DNA of 64,000 nucleotides from Escherichia coli (GTDB lineage Bacteria; Pseudomonadota; Gammaproteobacteria; Enterobacterales; Enterobacteriaceae): NCBI RefSeq assembly GCF_024223415.1, contig NZ_CP100500.1; one strand, 5' to 3'. Shown piece by piece: positions 62,196 to 64,000 of this stretch (position 1 is its first letter; each line of letters starts with the position of its first letter). The notes under the pieces were generated by a model. It saw only the letters and a program-made list of their open reading frames with translations, ran no database searches and was not told where the DNA came from. The position numbers and the translations under genes were made by a program.

Positions 62196-63502
62196 TTAGC
62201 TGGCGCAGGCCGCCTGAATCTGCCTGTCATACCGATACGGCGGGATAAATTTCTGCCGACAGGCGTCGAGATAATCCGACCACCACTGCATCATCTGTGT
62301 GCGCTCGTCGAGGTGCTCCGCCTTGTGGATATACGCGGCACGAACGTGATTACGCTCCTGATGGCTCATTTGTCGCTCCACGGCGTCTTTTGACCAGCGC
62401 CCGGACTCGATCAGCGCACTACAGGCCATCGTGCGGAAACCGTGACCGCAAACATCTGCCTGTGTGTTGTAGCCCATAACCCGCAGTGCTTTGTTGATGG
62501 TGTTTTCGCTCATCGGCTTACGCGGATCGTGGTCGCCGGGAAACAGTAACTCACTACTGCCGGACAACAGTTTTAACTGTTTGAGTATTGTCACCGCCTG
62601 CGCTGACAACGGCACCAGATGCTGCATCTTCATCTTTGCGCCGCGATTTGAATAACGCACGCCCGGAATCGGCTCCCGCTCCGCCGGGATGGTCCACATT
62701 GCGCCATCCAGATTGATCTCCGTCCAGCGGGCAAAACGTAGCTCGCTGGAACGGATAAAGATCAGCAGATTAAGCTGTACCGCCAGACGGGTTAACAGCC
62801 TGCCGGAATAGCCTTCAATACGCTCCAGCATCTCCGGTATTTTCTCCAGCGGCAGGGCGGGGTAGTGGTTTTTGGGCGGCGGTGCGATAGCCCCGGTCAG
62901 ATCGTTCGCCGGATTGCTGTCGATTATCCCCTCCTGCACCGCGTAACGCATGATTGCCGTGGTGCGCTGCTGAATCCGTGCAGCGGTCTCCAGCGTACCT
63001 TTTCGTTCCGCCACCCGCAGCGGGATCAGCAGATCGGCAGTTTTCAAATCAGAGACCGGAATTTGCCGATCAGTGGAAAAACATGCAGCTCCAGCGAGCG
63101 CAGGACTTTGGCGGCATGGGCTTCATTCCAGCGGATATTGCCCGCTACCCACTTACGGGCGATATCTTCAAAGGTGTTGCCGCTTTTACGTGCAAACTTC
63201 TCCTGCTGTTTTTTCACGCCGGGATCGCTGCCTGCGCTCAATACCGAGCGGGCATCCTCGCGCAGCTTGCGGGCATTTGCCAGAGAAACGGCCGGGTAAG
63301 CACCAAACGCCAGCTTCTTCTCTTTACCGCCGAAGCGGTACTTGAGGTGCCAGAGTTTAGATCCGTTGGGCTTTATCAGCAGGTACAGACCCTGCGCATC
63401 GCTGAGTTTCCAGGATTTATCAAGCGGCTTTGCATTACGGATGGCGGTATCGGTGAGGGACATAGTGGGGCTCCATAGTTTATCGAACCGACGGGCCCCC
63501 AA
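62196..63502 (-). pseudogene. P4-type tyrosine integrase split into two overlapping ORFs (frameshift)
   Basis: N-terminal 152-aa ORF (63044-63502) and C-terminal 283-aa ORF (62196-63047) together give an integrase-sized protein with the catalytic HxxR...Y region (GHGFRTMA, HQERNHVRAAY); adjacent to tRNA-derived repeat. Confidence 0.7.
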
Positions 63503-63625
63503 TTAAGCCCCCAAAAACTATGGATGTCAAAAAATCTGGCAGTACCTGTTGGTACTCCAGACTCTTTGTAACTAACTGATTTTTTGATGTTTCAGGACTC
63601 ATAGAGACGCCATGAAACTAAATAG

Positions 63626-63647
63626 TGGTGCCGGACTCGGAATCGAA
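63626..63647 (-). repeat. Integrase-proximal att repeat: 22 nt matching the tRNA-Phe 3' end with one missing C; not a complete tRNA
   Basis: tggtgccggactcggaatcgaa versus recalled tRNA-Phe 3' end; downstream sequence is unrelated to the tRNA body. Confidence 0.7.
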
Positions 63648-64000
63648 TATTTCATTTATCATATTGATATTTGTGTGATTTATTTGGTTTGATTAAAAAT
63701 GTACCCTCATTTGTACCCGTAGTCCCTTTTGATATTGAAAGGGAATCACACTCGGGATCAGGCTGAGAGCACAGAAAGAAAGTGCTTGGCTATTATATCG
63801 TTAATTCTGTCAATCAGTTCCAGCCTTTTGAAAGTGATGTGTGCAGATCCCTTCTTAAAATATTTAATGATGAACATCTCGTCTTCATAGCGCTCTTTAC
63901 CCTGAACGGACTGGATGTGACCATCCAGACGAATAGTGATGTTTTCCCGGTTGTCGGGGATGGGGGTGCCGCTGAACAGATGTAGCATTCTTTCCAGGTC

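Noticed and set aside
63758-63988. 76-aa minus-strand ORF at the window edge as a confident gene
   Set aside because: Short, no recognisable motif, and overlapped by an opposite-strand ORF; mentioned only as a hint of an adjacent element.

Overview
Enterobacterial (E. coli-like) chromosomal segment in three blocks. (1) 1-24 kb, core backbone: pitB (5'-truncated by the window edge), the yghT/yghS/yghR P-loop paralog triplet, a yghQ-like flippase, then an ~8 kb accessory lipid-biosynthesis-like cluster (two LptF/LptG-family permeases, SPT-like aminotransferase, ACP, epimerase-family reductase, fatty-acyl-AMP ligase, YghO-like acyltransferase), followed by the glycolate locus glcC / glcDEFGB / glcA. 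(2) 24-41 kb: sslE (yghJ) M60-like lipoprotein metalloprotease, a REP/BIME repeat block, pppA, yghG and a complete gspC-M type II secretion (T2SS-beta) operon. (3) 41.1-63.6 kb: a ~22.5 kb horizontally acquired island bounded by 20-22 bp direct repeats identical to the 3' end of tRNA-Phe (pheV-type att). It carries an IS3-family remnant, a tightly coupled five-gene minus-strand operon (TerB-like membrane protein, P-loop ATPase, Lhr-like DEAD/DEAH helicase, 1583-aa SF2-helicase-like protein, 743-aa unknown protein), an AbiEi/AbiEii pair, an RloC-like ABC-ATPase, a small integrase-like gene and a frameshifted P4-type integrase. The five-gene operon is the best candidate for an undescribed or poorly described anti-phage system: its first three genes resemble the TerB/ATPase/helicase (Shango-like) architecture, and the last two have no family I can name. 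All calls rest on reading the supplied ORF translations, motifs and recalled gene order; no database search or computation was run.
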